Source: Mobula hypostoma (Eukaryota). Taken from it: a stretch of DNA of 64,000 nt. Under the pieces are notes generated by a model. The model worked only from the letters and a program-made list of their open reading frames with translations, had not been told where the DNA came from and did not search any database. Both the position numbers and the translations under genes were made by a program. The DNA is taken from contig NC_086108.1 in assembly GCF_963921235.1 (NCBI RefSeq), positions 84,136,001 to 84,200,000 of the forward strand. Reading direction: 5' to 3'. Shown in pieces: positions 27,445 to 40,845 of the stretch; the first letter of the stretch is position 1; each line of letters starts with the position of its first letter.

Positions 27445-28130
27445 AAGTTTAATTATCATTCAACCATACATATGTATAAAGCTAAACTGAGCAGGATTTC
27501 TCTCGGGCCATGGTGCAAAGCACAGTACCTACAGTCACACGCAACATTACAATAGCACATAGAGTCACAAAAATAGTATTAGCATAACTCCCTAAGTGGC
27601 ATGCTCTGAAGAGTGATGGTGCATGGGACGTTGTCCTGGAGCCACGTTTCTTCAAGAGTAAGTACGTAGAAGATCCTCATTTCACACTGGCTAAGCCACA
27701 GATGAAGGCAAGTCAGCTTGTCTTCCAGACAGCGAGCCACTGGAGAGCTACACCGACGGGAGAACTGGTCAGCGGAGGCTGGCCCCCACCCCTGAAAGGA
27801 TTCCAGTGCATCCACTGTGCCTTTTTCTCTCCCACATTGCAGCATGAGGGCCTGGTTCACGCAATAACTATGGCCACGCAGCTTTCCCACTATTGGTCTC
27901 ATCAGTAAAATGGACTTGCAGTATTTTATATTACCAATGTCCAACAAGGTCTTGTCATCACAAGAAAAACATTTAAGACATGCATTTGCACCATTTGTTG
28001 GACCCTGGAGAGGCCACTGCAACCAACATGCCACCATTTTATTGAATGATGTAAGGACGTGGAGAGCTTGCCACCCAGTCCTTATAGATACTTATACGTA
28101 CTGTAGAATCAGCTGAGTAGCTCCTTTTAA
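27445..28130 (-). mobile_element. Rex1-like LINE derivative (endonuclease start plus 3' tail)
   Basis: LTLEETWLQDN endonuclease-like motif. Tail resembles 4445-4560. Confidence 0.55.
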
Positions 28131-28577
28131 GGCACCTCCACTACAACTGCTCTCAGACATTGATCATGCTATAAACATCACTGGGATGCTGTGAAGTCTG
28201 CCAAGTCTAAATGATGCCTGTGTGTTATTGCATGCAGATAGCCCCAGTTCTCGATGACAGTGTTCACCCAAAACTGAACAATAACTATAAAGGCTGAGGA
28301 CATTACAATGGCAAATTTTTTGAAGTATCATTGTATGGCAATTACTCATATACAGTTCAATTAGTAGCACTCACTGGTTTAAAAAGACAAAGGCACATCA
28401 TTTGATGTTCTGGGGCAGTAAGAGATGTGAGGATGATGTAAAGGGGTTTTGCAGGATTGTTAAGTGAACAGGAAAAAGATGTGGAATTTAATGTGGAAAA
28501 TGTGAGAACACCATTTTGGTTGAAATAAAGAGAGATTGAAAGGTACTGACATTAAGAGGGAACTCAGTCTCTAGGTA

Positions 28578-30371
28578 CAGTGCCTATTAAAAGTATTCCC
28601 CCTCCCCCTTGGAGGTTTTCATGTATTATTGTTTTAAAACATTGAATCACTGTAGATTTAGTTTGGCTTTTTTTTTTGACACTGATCAAAAGAAGACTCT
28701 TTTATGTTAAAGTGAGAACAGATCTCTACAAAGTCATCCCAATTAATTACAAATATAAAACACAAAATGATTGATTGCATAAGTATTCCCCTCCTTTAAT
28801 ACGACATACCAAATCACCAATGGCGCAGCCAATTTGTTTTGGAGGTCACATAATTCGTTAAAAGAAGATCACCTGTGTGTTGTTAAGGTGTTTCAATTGA
28901 ATGTAGTAAAATACACCTGTATCTGGAAGATCCAACTGCTGGTGAGTCAGTATCCTGGCAAAAATTACACCATGAAGACAAAAGAACACTCCAAGCAACT
29001 CTGCGAACAGGTTATTGAAAAGCACAAGTCAGGAGATGGATACAAGCACATTTCCAAGTCACTGAATATCCCTTGGAGTACAGTTAAGTCAATCATCATG
29101 AAATAGAAAGAATATGGCACAGCTGTAAGTATGCCTAGAGCAGGCCATCCTCAAGAAATGAGTGACTATGCAAGAAGGGCACTAATGAGAGAGCCCACCA
29201 AGAGACCTACGACAACTCTGGAGAAGTTACAAGTTCAGTGGCTGAGATGGAAGAGACTGTGCATACAACAACTGTTGCCCATGTGCTTCACCAGTTGCAG
29301 CTTTATGGAAGAGTGACAAAGAGAAAGCCACTGTTGAAAAAAAACTCACATGAAATCTTGGCTAGCGTCTGCCAAAAGGCATGTGGGAGACTCTGAAATC
29401 AGCTGGAAAAAGGTTCTATTGTCTGATCAAACCAAAATTGAGCTTTTTGGCCATTAGACCAAATGCTATGTTTGGGGTAAGCCAAACACAGCACATCATC
29501 AAAAACACACAGTGGTGGGTGCGTAGAATGCACTACTAGCAACAGTGGTAGAGGCGGATACAATCAGGTCTTTTAAGAGACTCTTAGGTAGGTACAGGGA
29601 GCTTAGGAAAACAGAGAATTATGCAGTAGGGAAATTCCAGTTTCCAAAGTAGGTTACATGGTCGACATAACATTATGGACCGAAGGGCCTGTAATGTTCT
29701 GTAGATTTCTATGTTCTATGTATGTATGTTAAAACACCATCCCTACCGTGAAGCATGGTGTTGGCTTCACTGCAGCAGGCCCTGGAAGGCTTATGAAGGT
29801 AGGGGGTAAAATGAATGTAGCAAAAGAGAACTGCGACGTGGGAGACTACTTTTTCCCAGCAAGACAATGACCAAAGCTATACAGGAATGGCTTAAAAACA
29901 ACAAAGTTAATGTCCTGGACTTAGAGTGGCCAAGTTAAAGTCCAGACCTCAAAGAATTGAGAACTTGTGGCTGAATTGGAAAGGGCTGATCACTCACAAT
30001 CCCCATGCAATCTGACACAGCTCGAGCAGATTTGTAAAGAAGAACAGGGGAGAATTTGCGATGTCCAGATGTGCGAAGTTAATAGAACACCTATCCACAC
30101 AGACTCAAGGCTGCAATTGCTGTTAAGGTTGCATCAACTAAACACTGACTTGCAGGGGGGTGAATGCAATCAATTATTTTGTTTAATAATTATAATAAAT
30201 TTAGATCAATTTGTAGAAATGTGTTTTCACTTTGACATGAAATGATCATCACTTTTCTGATAAACAGTGTCAAAAAAAGGCAGATTAAATCCCCTGTGAT
30301 TCAATATTGTAAAACAACAAAACATGAAAACTTCGGGGGGGGGGGATGTGAGTACTTTTTATAAGCACTTG
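28578..30371 (+). mobile_element. Tc1 element, degraded, inside an old CR1 (about 28400-30620) and itself carrying a CR1 3' fragment
   Basis: TA|cagtgcctattaaaagtattc left end and gagtactttttataagcact right end. MKTKEHSKQLCEQVIEKHKSGDGYKHISKSL. Confidence 0.92.
29509..29730 (+). mobile_element. CR1 3'-end fragment nested in Tc1
   Basis: Flanked by aaaacac at 29502-29508 and 29731-29737; ttctatg repeat tail. Confidence 0.8.
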
Positions 30372-30749
30372 AAACAAATCACTGAAAGTTAACAAGCACA
30401 CATTGCATATCAGAGACCAAACAATATATTAGCCTGTGCTGCAAGAGAATTTGAGCTCTATATTAGGAATGTATATATGATTATATGGGGCCCGAGAGAG
30501 ATTGCTTGTGAAATACTGTGCACAAATGTGGTTCCCTATCTAAGGAAGGATATACTTGTAATAGAGTGCAGGAAAGTTGCACCAGATTGATTACTGGGTT
30601 GGTGAGTGTTGCATGAGGATTGACATTAGATTGGTTTCCGCACTTGCAACAGCAAAGGAAAAAAATGTGGTAAGGTCCACCTTGCTTTCTATAATGAAAG
30701 TAACATCATACAATATGGCACAACGATCTCTATATCATTAGGGACACAG

Positions 30750-31025
30750 TGTGGAATAAGCCCCCACCCCTGGCCCATCAAGTCATGCCACCAGAAATCC
30801 ACCTATTATAACTCTAGCCTAATCATGGTACAATTTATAATGACCAATTCACCTCCTAATTTTTGGACTATAGGAGGAAACTGGAGCACCCAAAGAAACC
30901 CACGCATTCCATGGGAGGACGTATAAACTCTTCACAGAGGGACATCAAGATTGAACTGCAAACTTCGATGACCCCCTCCCCCAAGATGTAATAGTGTCAT
31001 GCTAACCACAATTCTACTGTGTTGC
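30750..31025 (-). mobile_element. V-SINE/HE1-like SINE
   Basis: ttttggact...ggaaactggagcaccc...gaaacccacgc is the reverse complement of the core seen at 22515. Confidence 0.65.
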
Positions 31026-31842
31026 CTATGCATGAACTCCTCAATAATGAAGATCCCTTGCAAAAATGAATAAATTGCAATAAAGTTGATTCCTATTAAT
31101 TATTGAAATTTCTCAATGTGGATTTTGACATACAACTGCTAATGTGAGGAAGCCAACACTTGTTTCATTAATGTAGGAGAATGATAAGAATTAACAGATT
31201 ATTTCAGCATATTTCTTGGGATTAATAACACATCAGATGCATACATTAATATAACAATGATCCTTTTCACAGCTCATTGGTATTAATGGATTTCTTTTCT
31301 CCTCCTATTTGGAATTCTATAAAAAAGAAAGCTAATCCTTGAATGGCACACTTAATATTTTATTAAATCATTTAGAGGTTAATTTGACTTGGTCCTAATT
31401 CAGTGCCAGAAGACTGTTAGCAATGGGTTAATCAAATTAATTAAGCAGCCAGTTATCTTCATTGATTATTATTGCATACAGTGCATGATAAACATAGATC
31501 AATAGTTCTTATGGCCATTCTGATGAAGATTGCACTCTGCTTCATTTAATGAACACTACTGCTCGCTGAGAAACTGCAAATTTGATCCTGTTGTGGCCAT
31601 TCAATAATCCATCTTATTCACATTACATCACCAGGGAGTAATAAAAGAACGATTTCCTAATGGTCATGTTATTGAATTAATCATATTTAACACTTTGCCC
31701 CCAAGGAAGAATTGAACTTCAAGATTAACTATATAAAACATGTAATAGGCTAGTTGCACTGAATACATACTGTAGATCTAATCTGCCACATTTTTATTGT
31801 TCCAGTCAAAATATCACAAATATCTGGGAAAAGATTACTTAC

Positions 31843-32029
31843 CACTTTTTCTTTATAAACAATGTATTTCAACCATTTAAAATCTTGAGGTTTGAATCCA
31901 GCAAAGACGAATAATGAGTCTTTCTCGTACCGTGCTGGTTTCTGAATAGCACCTTCCGGATATGTTATTCGCAGCGTTGTCTTTGAGCCAACGTCTTTTT
32001 CAAATCCTTTTACTGGAGCTTCATTAAGT
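31843..32029 (-). CDS. ST3GAL3: ST3GAL3 exon, 187 bp, second half of sialylmotif L and downstream catalytic region
   Basis: Acceptor ttattttgcag| and donor |gtaagt. Reads (R)LNEAPVKGFEKDVGSKTTLRITYPEGAIQKPARYEKDSLFVFAGFKPQDFKWLKYIVYKEKV, in frame with the 96-bp exon. Confidence 0.95.
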
Positions 32030-32518
32030 CTGCAAAATAAATTAGCAGAAAGCATACAATATTAGAAAAGAAGTTTCCTTTAACTGTTTTTTCAGACTGT
32101 GCACCCAAAAGCTTACCAAGGCAAGAATAATACTACTTTCCACAACTAACTTCTTATTCATTGCGCTGGACAGGCAACGGTTATCACAATGTTTCAATTT
32201 TACAATTTCTACTTTAAAATACTACTTCAAGCTGCTTCTCAAGATGAATTGAAGCAGGGTTGGCGAGCTTTGCCAAAATTGGCAACAATCTTTTAAAAAT
32301 TCTCTCGCATGCCATGGTAATTTTGAGCAGAAATTATCATTGATTAATGAATTAGTAACAATAATTTATTGAGGAAAAAGGTTGACTCCTGTTGCTTATT
32401 TATGTGTATTCACTGTTTTACCTATTTCAAAAAAAGTATAACATTGAAATAAGTGAAGATTTTAGAAAACCTGATCAAGAATGTTTCATTGTAATCTTTC
32501 AAAAAGACAATTGAAAAA

Positions 32519-32926
32519 TAAGCAACACACATCAAAGTTGCTGGTGAACGCAACAGGTCAGGCAGCACCTCTAGGAAGAGGTACAGTCGACGTTTCAGGC
32601 CGAGACCCTTCGTCAGGACTAACTGAAGGAAGAGATAGTAAGAGATCCCCATCCCCCTCCCACTTTCAAATCTCTTACTAAGTCTTCCTTCAGTTAGTCC
32701 TGACAAAGGGTCCCAGTCTGAAACATCGACTGTACCTCTTCCTAGAGATGCTGCCTGACCTGCTGCATTCACCAGCAATTTTGATGTGTGTGACTGACGA
32801 AGGGTCTCGGCCTGAAGCGTCGACTGTACCTCTTCCTAGAGATGCTGCCTGACCTGCTGCGTTCACCAGCAATTTTGATGTGTGTTGCTTGAATTTCCAG
32901 CATCTGCAGAATTCCTCGTGTTTGCG
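32519..32926. mobile_element. PLE-end cassette: one inverted copy plus two tandem copies (94-nt period), with a 10-bp TSD
   Basis: aattgaaaaa at 32509-32518 and 32927-32936. CTGAC cores at 32700 and 32794 on plus, and a reverse copy at 32585-32620. Confidence 0.9.
32585..32620 (-). ncRNA. Minimal type-I hammerhead ribozyme motif, intact core
   Basis: AGUC CUGACGA AGGGUCUCGGCCU GAAA CGUC GACU. Stem I AGUC/GACU, palindromic ACGU stem III, predicted cut between 32589 and 32588. Confidence 0.8.
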
Positions 32927-35439
32927 AATTGAAAAACAACATCATTTACAAATAGTATTGTTATTTTAACCATTTTCTATCCGAATATTGCTATGTATAC
33001 CAGGTCTGCAAAGATTTCAGAACATATCATACAACTTCACATGTTCTTGCAATTGTCAAGCAGGTGCTAAGCTAGCTTCTGACATTTTCTATGAAAATAT
33101 CTTACTGGTCTTTAGTTGTAAAAAAAATCATTTGCTGCTTTATTTGGCAGTAAAAATGATCAATATACAGTATATATTTTTATTATGGGTCAGCACTGCA
33201 TGCTATGCATCAATAAATTTTTGCGTGTACCATCTTGGGCACATGTACATTAAGTTTGTCACACCTCAAATAAAGAAATTGAGAAATACAAAATAAAATC
33301 TTTGGTTCCATCTTCACAACCTCCCATTGCTTTTCTTTATTCTTTTCTCTGCACTCAGACCCAGCTTTACTCTCACCGGTCTTTTTGTTCTATGCTGATG
33401 TCTCTTCTACAGTTCCCATCATTTTGACATTAATGGTGCCGGAATTTTCATCTCCATCAACAATACTCTTGGACATTTGCATGCACAGCCACTTCTCAAC
33501 CTCTCTGCTTTAAAATAAAACGTTAAAAATCCCTCACCAACCTTTTCTTTCTGCATCGTTTAAGAAGTATTTAGATAAGCAACTGAATCACCAAACTACA
33601 GAAAGTTAAGTGTTTAAAAAATGTGATTAGAATCGATAGGTTTCTGATGGTTAGCATGGACTACTGTTTCTGTGTTACATGATAATATGACTTTCTCTTT
33701 AGATGAGAATATCAAAACTTTCCAGAACAATAAAAATGTCAAAGGCAGAGTAATAAAATAACTATATTTAAATGGTTTCCATTCTAGGCAAACAAAGAAT
33801 AGTTGAATGAAAACAGAGCAAACCCCACAATCACTAGTACATGATTAATGAACCATATTCAACAAATTATTCAGGAAATAATTTTGGGGTTATTGTAACA
33901 CAATTGTATAAATTATTAACAGGGGTCTATTTTAAGTGTAAACGACATAAGGCAAAATGGAATGCATTAGCAATGGGAATGAAAGTAAGCTCAACAAAAC
34001 CGATTACAGTACAAGGCACTGTAGGGCTGACATAAAAATGTTTTTTTAAAATCTAAGTTTCACTTGTTCAGAAAGTTTGGCTTAAATCTCACTCCGGAGA
34101 CTTGTACACAAAATGCAGGTGAAAACTCCATTGCACGATGAGGGAGTTTCTTTTGACAAGTTTTCTGTTCCTTCAGACAGAGATTAAAATAAGTCACAGC
34201 ATTATTTCACAGTGTATTAGCTATCCTCAGTGGTAGTGTCCCTTTGCAATGCTTATTTCTCAACCTCTGACACAAAAAATATTGTTTCTGAGAGCTTTAT
34301 ATAAATATATTTGGTTACAACTTTGATGATATTACAACAGTGCCCATACTTCAAAGCTATTTCACTATTAAATGGCTTGAAACTTAAAGGATATGCCTTC
34401 TCTAGCTCTCATTCCAACAGAAGTGGCTCCAAAATATATAAAAATAATTTTATAAAATGATGAACAGCACTGATAAAGTAGAATTGAACATTTTTTGTAT
34501 ATAATAAAATAGAGAAAAAATTTGATGTAAAAAGTTTGGAAAATATCAAACTGCTCAACAGAAGAAGAATACTCATGCCTTAATTATTAATCCAGAAAGA
34601 AAAAAAATCTGGATTCTACGTAATACTGAGTTAATGTTGCGAAGAATGTGGTAGTTAACATGAGAAATAGTGCATGAAATTGGCATTCAAGCAGCACAGA
34701 CAAAACCTAAAATATTAAAGCTAGGAACTGAAGAACCATATCCCTGATTTCTCAGTTGAAAAAATGTGCATAGACCATGAACGTGGGGAAAAATGAAAAG
34801 TGGGTGTATATTTATATAAACACACCTGTTCAACATTTGCTAAACCTGAATAAATAGGCCACAAAGATAAACAGTGATCACAGAATTTCAGTCTGATCTT
34901 CACTACAGACCAATCATATTTTAAACAACGTCCAAGTTAAGTGATAGGTTTGAATAAAAGAAACATCTTCTATCAATACTTAATAATCCTTTGACTTTTA
35001 GGACAACTCATTGCCAGACCATGTGTCAGCATTTGATAGATAACACAGAAAATTTATTGAAGCTGTGCCATGCAAGGCCAAACAACACTCTATATACTTA
35101 CTTATAGTACTAGAAATAAATGTTCTAGAATGTAAAGCAGCAATAAAATCATTGGACAGGTCTTTTGAAAATACTTCCCTAATCAGTAATTTGTAGCATC
35201 TCTTGGAACAGTGTAATCTTTATTTCTTCAATCGCTCCAATCGTAAGTTTATTTTTAAATGGCTTCAATTATTCATTTATATTATTAGCCAGGGTAATTT
35301 TTGGAATGTGCATTAGAAATGGAGGCAGTTGGAAAAGAAGATGGTGATTGAGTGTTTATTTTTCAACTTCAGATGCCAGCTACAGAAGATACCAATATCT
35401 GAAAGTACCAGCTTCAGCCTAGATAACTTCTTTTGGCAG

Positions 35440-37995
35440 ATTTAATATCACTGGCATATGTCAATACAGTTGTTTTCTGGCAGCAGTAGACTGCAATACA
35501 TAATAACAGAAAAAAACCCACAAATTACAATAAGAAATATATATAAAAATAAATTAAATAAGTGAAAAGAAGTTTTTAAAAAGCAACAGAAGTGAGGTAG
35601 TGTACATGGTTTCATTCAGAACAGTGTCCATTCATGCTCTCTTCTCATTGCCGCCATCTGCAAGAAGGTACAGGAGCCTTAGGATCCACACCACCAGGTT
35701 CAGGAACAGTCATTACCACACAACCATCAGGCTCTTGAACCAGAGGGGATAACTTAACTCACTCCATCACTGAATTGTTCCCATAACCTTAGTGACATAC
35801 CAAGTCTTCTCAAACTTCTAATGAAATATAGCCATTGACATGCCTTCTTTGTAATTGCATCAATATGTTGGGCCCAGGACAGACCTTCAGAGATGTTGAC
35901 ATCCCAGGAACTAGAAACTGCTCACCCTTTCCACTGCTGATCCCTTGGTGAGGACTGGTTCCCTTGACTTCCTCTTCCTGAAGTCCACAAACAATTCCTT
36001 GTGTTGCAACACCACTCAATCCAGCTGATCTATATTGCTCCTGTACACCTCCTCATCACCATCTGAAATTCTGCCAACAATAGATGTGTCATCGTAAATT
36101 TATAAATGGTATTTGAGCCACACATTTGTGGGTGTAGAAAGAATAGAGCAGTGGATTAAGCACACATCCTTGAGGTGTGCCAGTGCTGATTGACAGCAAA
36201 GAGGAGATGTTATTTCAGAAGTGCTCTGACTATAGTCTCCCAGAGAGTAAGTCAAGGATCCAGTTGCAGAAGGAGGGATAGAAGCCCAGGTTTAAAGCTT
36301 GTTGTTTAGAACTGAGAGTATGATTGTGATGAATGCCGAGCTGTAGTCAATAAACAGCAGCCTAATGTATTGTCCAGGTGATCCAAGGCAGAGTAGGTAG
36401 CCAATGAGATTGCATTCACTGTACACCTATTGTGTCGACAGGCGAATTGCAGCAGGTCAAGGTCCTTGCTTAGGCAGGAGTTGATTCTAGCCATGACCAA
36501 CCTCTCAAGGCACTTCATCGCAGTAGATGTGAGTGCCATTGGGTGACAGACGTTGAGGCCGCTCACCCTGCTCTTCCTGGGCACTGATATGATTGTCGCC
36601 CTTTTGAAAATAGTGGAAACCTCTGACAGCAGCAGTGAGAGACTGAAGATGGCCTTGAACACTTCCGCCAGTTGGTTATCACCGGTTTTCAGAGCTCCAC
36701 CAGGTACACCATCAGGGCCTGACGCCTTGCGAGAGCTCACCTTCTTGAAAGATGTTCTGACATTGGCCTTCAAGGCAGAGAACACAGCGTTACCAGATGC
36801 TGCAGAGATTAGCACAGCTGCAGTTTCAGTCTCCCTTTCAAAGCGTGCATAAAAGGAGTTGAGCTCCTCTGGGAGGGAAGATCACAAGGCCATTACTTGT
36901 ATAAAGAAATGGGATGCAAACCCTGCCAAAATTGATGTGCATTTGATTCTGTCTCTAACTTCAACAGGAATTGTTTGTTCTCTCTTACAATAGCCTTACA
37001 CAGGTTGTACTGGGACTTTTTGTATAGTTCTGGATCATTGGTCTTGAATGCCACAGATCTAGCTCTCAGCAGACCACGAATTTTCTACTTCATCCACGGC
37101 TATTGGTTTGGGTTTATATGGTATGTTCTGGAAGGCAAACTTACCCACACAGATCTCAATCAAGTCGTTGACATCTGTGCTGCATTGATTCAGATTAGAT
37201 GAATCCCTGAATATTAGCTAGTCTACCAAATGAGTGCTCTCCACCTCCCTTGACCTTACCTTCTTGGTCCTCATCACTGGTGCTTTGGTCTTTAGTCTCT
37301 GCCTATATGCACAGCTAGAATTACAGTTCGGTGACTGGACATACCAAATTGGGCGTGGTAAATGTTTTTCGTGTTGGTATAACAGTGGTCAAGTGTTTTG
37401 GCTCCTCTGGTTCCACGGGTCATATTTTGATGGGTCATGCCGTAGGGTCTTGGCTCGAAACTTCGACTGTACTTTTCTCCATAGATGCTGCCTGGCCTGC
37501 TAAGTTCCTCCAGCATTTTGTGTGCGTTGCTCAGATTTCCAGCATCTGCAGATTTCTCCTATTTGTGATGTTGGTGGTAGCTGTTCAGAGTCTTCAAGCT
37601 GGCCTGGTTGAAATCTCCCACCATGATAGGAAAGGCATCTGGGTACGATGCTTTCTGATTGCTAAGCATGGTGCTCAGCTCCTCCAGTGCCTGCTTGACT
37701 CCGGAATATACACCACTACTTTGACGATGGCAAAAACTCCCTCAGCAGGTAAAAAGGGCAATACTTAATCGCTAGATGTTCCAAGTCAGGTGAAGAGGAT
37801 TGAGACAGAATCACCATGTCTGTGCACCACGATGAATTTTTCATAAAGCATACTCCACCCCACCCCCCCCACCATTAAAAGACTCAGTTGTCCTGTCTTT
37901 GGGGAGAATGGTGGAGCCCTCAGGCTGCAGCGGTGTCTAAAACGGTGGGGGAGAGGCATGTTTCTGTGAAGCAAAGTACTTAGCAGTCTCTGATG
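35440..37995 (-). mobile_element. Degraded Rex1/Babar-like LINE (endonuclease plus RT), with a PLE end inserted at about 37435-37565
   Basis: RGAKTLDHCYTN (endonuclease); RKASGPDGVPG, ALTSTAMKCLERLV and LQFACRHNR (RT). Confidence 0.85.
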
Positions 37996-38089
37996 TCCCA
38001 TCTGCTACAGGAATCTTGCACTGAAGTCTTCAGTTTTACTTTCCAAATACTGTACCAGCAGGGAACCTAATAGGAGAGCACAGCTTTCT

Positions 38090-38400
38090 TCCATGGCCTT
38101 CCATCCTCTCCTATTATATTCCCCCTTCTCCAGCCCTGTATCTCTTTCTCCAATCAACTTCCCAAACTCTTTACTTCACCATTCCCCCTCCCAGTTTCAC
38201 TTATCACCTTGTATTTCTCCCTCCCCTCCCCCCACCTTTAGACTCTACTCATCTTTTTTTCCCCAGTCCTATTGTAGGGTCTTGGCCTGAAATGTCAACT
38301 GTACTCTTTTCCATAAATGGCTGCCTGGCTTGTTGAGTTCCTCCAGCATTATGTGTGTGTTGTTTAGATTTCCAGCACCTGCAGATTTTCTCTTGTTTGA
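38090..38400 (+). mobile_element. PLE 3' end, decayed hammerhead
   Basis: Pyrimidine tract, then cagtcctattgtagggtcttggcctgaaatgtcaactg...gctgcctggcttgttgagttcctccagc. Confidence 0.8.
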
Positions 38401-38884
38401 GCTTCATTTACTCAGTAAGCAAGATATTTTGCAAACATAAAACATGAAAGAAAGCAGTTTACAGAAAATATTTTGCTTAATACAAATGAAAGCTTAAATT
38501 GAAAACCAGTGCCCAAATATTCAAATAAAAAAATGTAGACACCAAGTTACAAGCACTGGTAATGTGATAATATACAACTGAGCTTCACTCTATCAATATA
38601 TAGAAATACAATTTATTTGTTGCAACAGTAAAAAAAAACTTAAGAACTAGCTTTCCCCACAGCTTCAACTGTTAATACAAAAATAAAATATAGCAGATAC
38701 AAGAATTCTAAAATAAAAATAGAACATGCTGCAAAAAGTGAGCTAGTCAGACAGCATCTTTCGAGATACTGTCAACCATTAATTCTGTATTAACCTCTAA
38801 TCACTACTAACATCCTTTGAGAGCAGAAACCTACATGCCAATCACAAATACAAAGTTCTAGTTACTGAAATTCGAGTTATTGGT

Positions 38885-40455
38885 AATTGAGGAGACTGAA
38901 GTCCTTTGGAGTACGCAGGTCTACCCTTCACATTTCCTACCAGTCTGTTGTTGCCAGTACAACCTTGTATGTGGTGGTGAGTTGGGGCAGTGGCATAAAC
39001 ATGGGTGATTCCAACAGGCTTAATAAACTGATTAGAAAGCCTGGCTCTGTAATAGGAGTCAAACTGGACACACTGGAAGCTGTAGACAAAGAACCCTCCA
39101 GAAACTCCTAGCAATTCTGGACAATGTTTCTTACCCTCTGCATGCCACCTTGGCTGAACAAAGGAGTGTTTTTAGTAATAGACTAAGACAACTTTACTGC
39201 TCCAAAGAGTGATAAGAAGTCATTCTTACTCTCGGCCAATAAGCTCTATAATGAGTCAACATAGCCAGGGAAATGAAGACCCCTTCAGTTAGACTGTTAT
39301 TAACCACTGTTTACTAGACCTCTATTTAAGACCATAAGACATAGCTGTGGAATTGGCCATTCAGCCCATCAAGTCTGCTCTGCCCTTCCATCATGGCTGA
39401 TCCCGGATCCCACACAACCCCATACACCTGCCTTCTCACCCTATCCTTTGATGCCCTGACTGATCAGGAAACGATCAACGATCAACTTGCGCCTTAAATA
39501 TGCCCACGGACTTGGCCTCCACTGCAGTCTGTGGCAGAGCATTCTACAGATTTACTACTCGCTGGCTAAAAAAAAAAAATCCCCCTTCCTCTGTTCTAAA
39601 GGGTGGCCCCTCAATTTTGAGGCTGTGCCCTCTAGTTCTGGAAACATGCTCTTCACATCCACCCAATCTAGTCCATTCAACACTCAGTAGGTTTCAGTGA
39701 GATCCCACCCCGCCACATTCTTCTAAATTCCAGTGAGTACAGGCCCAAAGCTGTCAAACACTCCTCATATGTCAACCCCTTTATTCCTGGCTCTGTTTAC
39801 CACACCCTGCTATTGCAGACATGCTATGCAATACTACCATAACTTCTTGTCTGGATGATGTGAATGTACACCTATTACTGTATAATATTACGATAATTCT
39901 TGCAGTACCATCTTACCAATGTGAACTTGGAAATCTTGTAATCTTTGACCTGTAAATGTTGTACATATTAGTTTTTATTTTTTTTATTCTTTCTTACTTC
40001 TTTTCCAATATTTGTATATAAGACCATAAGATAAAGGAGCAGAAGTCGGCCATTCGGCCCATCGAGTCTGCTCCGCCATTTTATCATGAGCTGATCCATT
40101 CTCCCATTTAGTCCCACTCCCCCGCCTTCTCACCATTACCTTTGATGCCCTGGCTACTCAGATACCTATCAATCTCTGCCTTAAATACACCCAATGACTT
40201 GACCTCCACTGCCGCCCGTGGCAACAAATTCCATAGATTCACCACCCTCTAGCTAAAAATATTTCTTCACAACTCTGCTCTGAATGGGCGCCCTCTAATC
40301 CTTAAGTCATGCCCTCTTGTACTATACTCTCCCAACATGGGAAACAACTTTGTCACATCCACTCTGTCCATGCCTTTCAACATATATCTCTGCACTTGCA
40401 ATGCTACTGTGACAATGTAATTTCCTTTTCGACCAATAAAGCATCTGTCTATCTA
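38885..40455 (+). mobile_element. Rex1-like LINE 3' part with two nested minus-strand CR1 3' fragments (39329-39790 and 40020-40382)
   Basis: RRLKSFGV...YQSVVAS...RLNKLIRK. The first insert is flanked by ctctattta/ctctgttta. Tail aataaagcatctgtctatcta. Confidence 0.8.
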
Positions 40456-40644
40456 ATTTACAGTAAGGTTTCAAAGTTGCATTCAACCAACTATTGGGTA
40501 GGAGATTGAACCAGTTAAATTACGAAACTTTTCCCCAGCCCCAGCCAGATGGTCCAAAAGTTCTTGTCAGATGCAATTCCTGGACATTCAATATCTCCAA
40601 AGATTGAAAACATGACATAAATACGACTATTTCAAGTTAATGAG

Positions 40645-40845
40645 CAGCCGGCTGGTGGTGTAGTGATATCTGTATCGGACTTCAAGGCAATTGGTCTTGA
40701 GTTCGAACTTGGCCGTTCTTTTCCATCAGTGCTGGGTTGAGAATTGAGCCAGCAACACATCCTTGTAAAAAACTGATAGAAAATGCTAAAAAAAATGGAA
40801 GGGTTGCCACTAGATATGCCACAAGGTGTGGAAAGGAACAGAAAG
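40645..40845 (+). mobile_element. tRNA-derived SINE
   Basis: A-box-like tggtgtagtg and B-box gagttcgaac. The core tttccatc-gtg--gggttgag is shared with the copy at 43458-43782. Confidence 0.65.

Noticed and set aside
1..31842. The next ST3GAL3 exon (expected FWKSVA...ILNPYF-like peptide)
   Set aside because: By eye I found only chance FWK matches (about 7395 and 16070) without matching context. The exon probably lies beyond the window; tBLASTn would settle it.
31750..32055. The 101-aa ORF as a standalone gene or alternative terminal exon
   Set aside because: Sialyltransferase similarity is confined to 31843-32029, between canonical splice sites. The extensions are intron read-through.
32694..32890. 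Tandem repeat resembling a CRISPR array
   Set aside because: Two near-identical 94-nt units with no unique spacers, no cas genes and a eukaryotic context.
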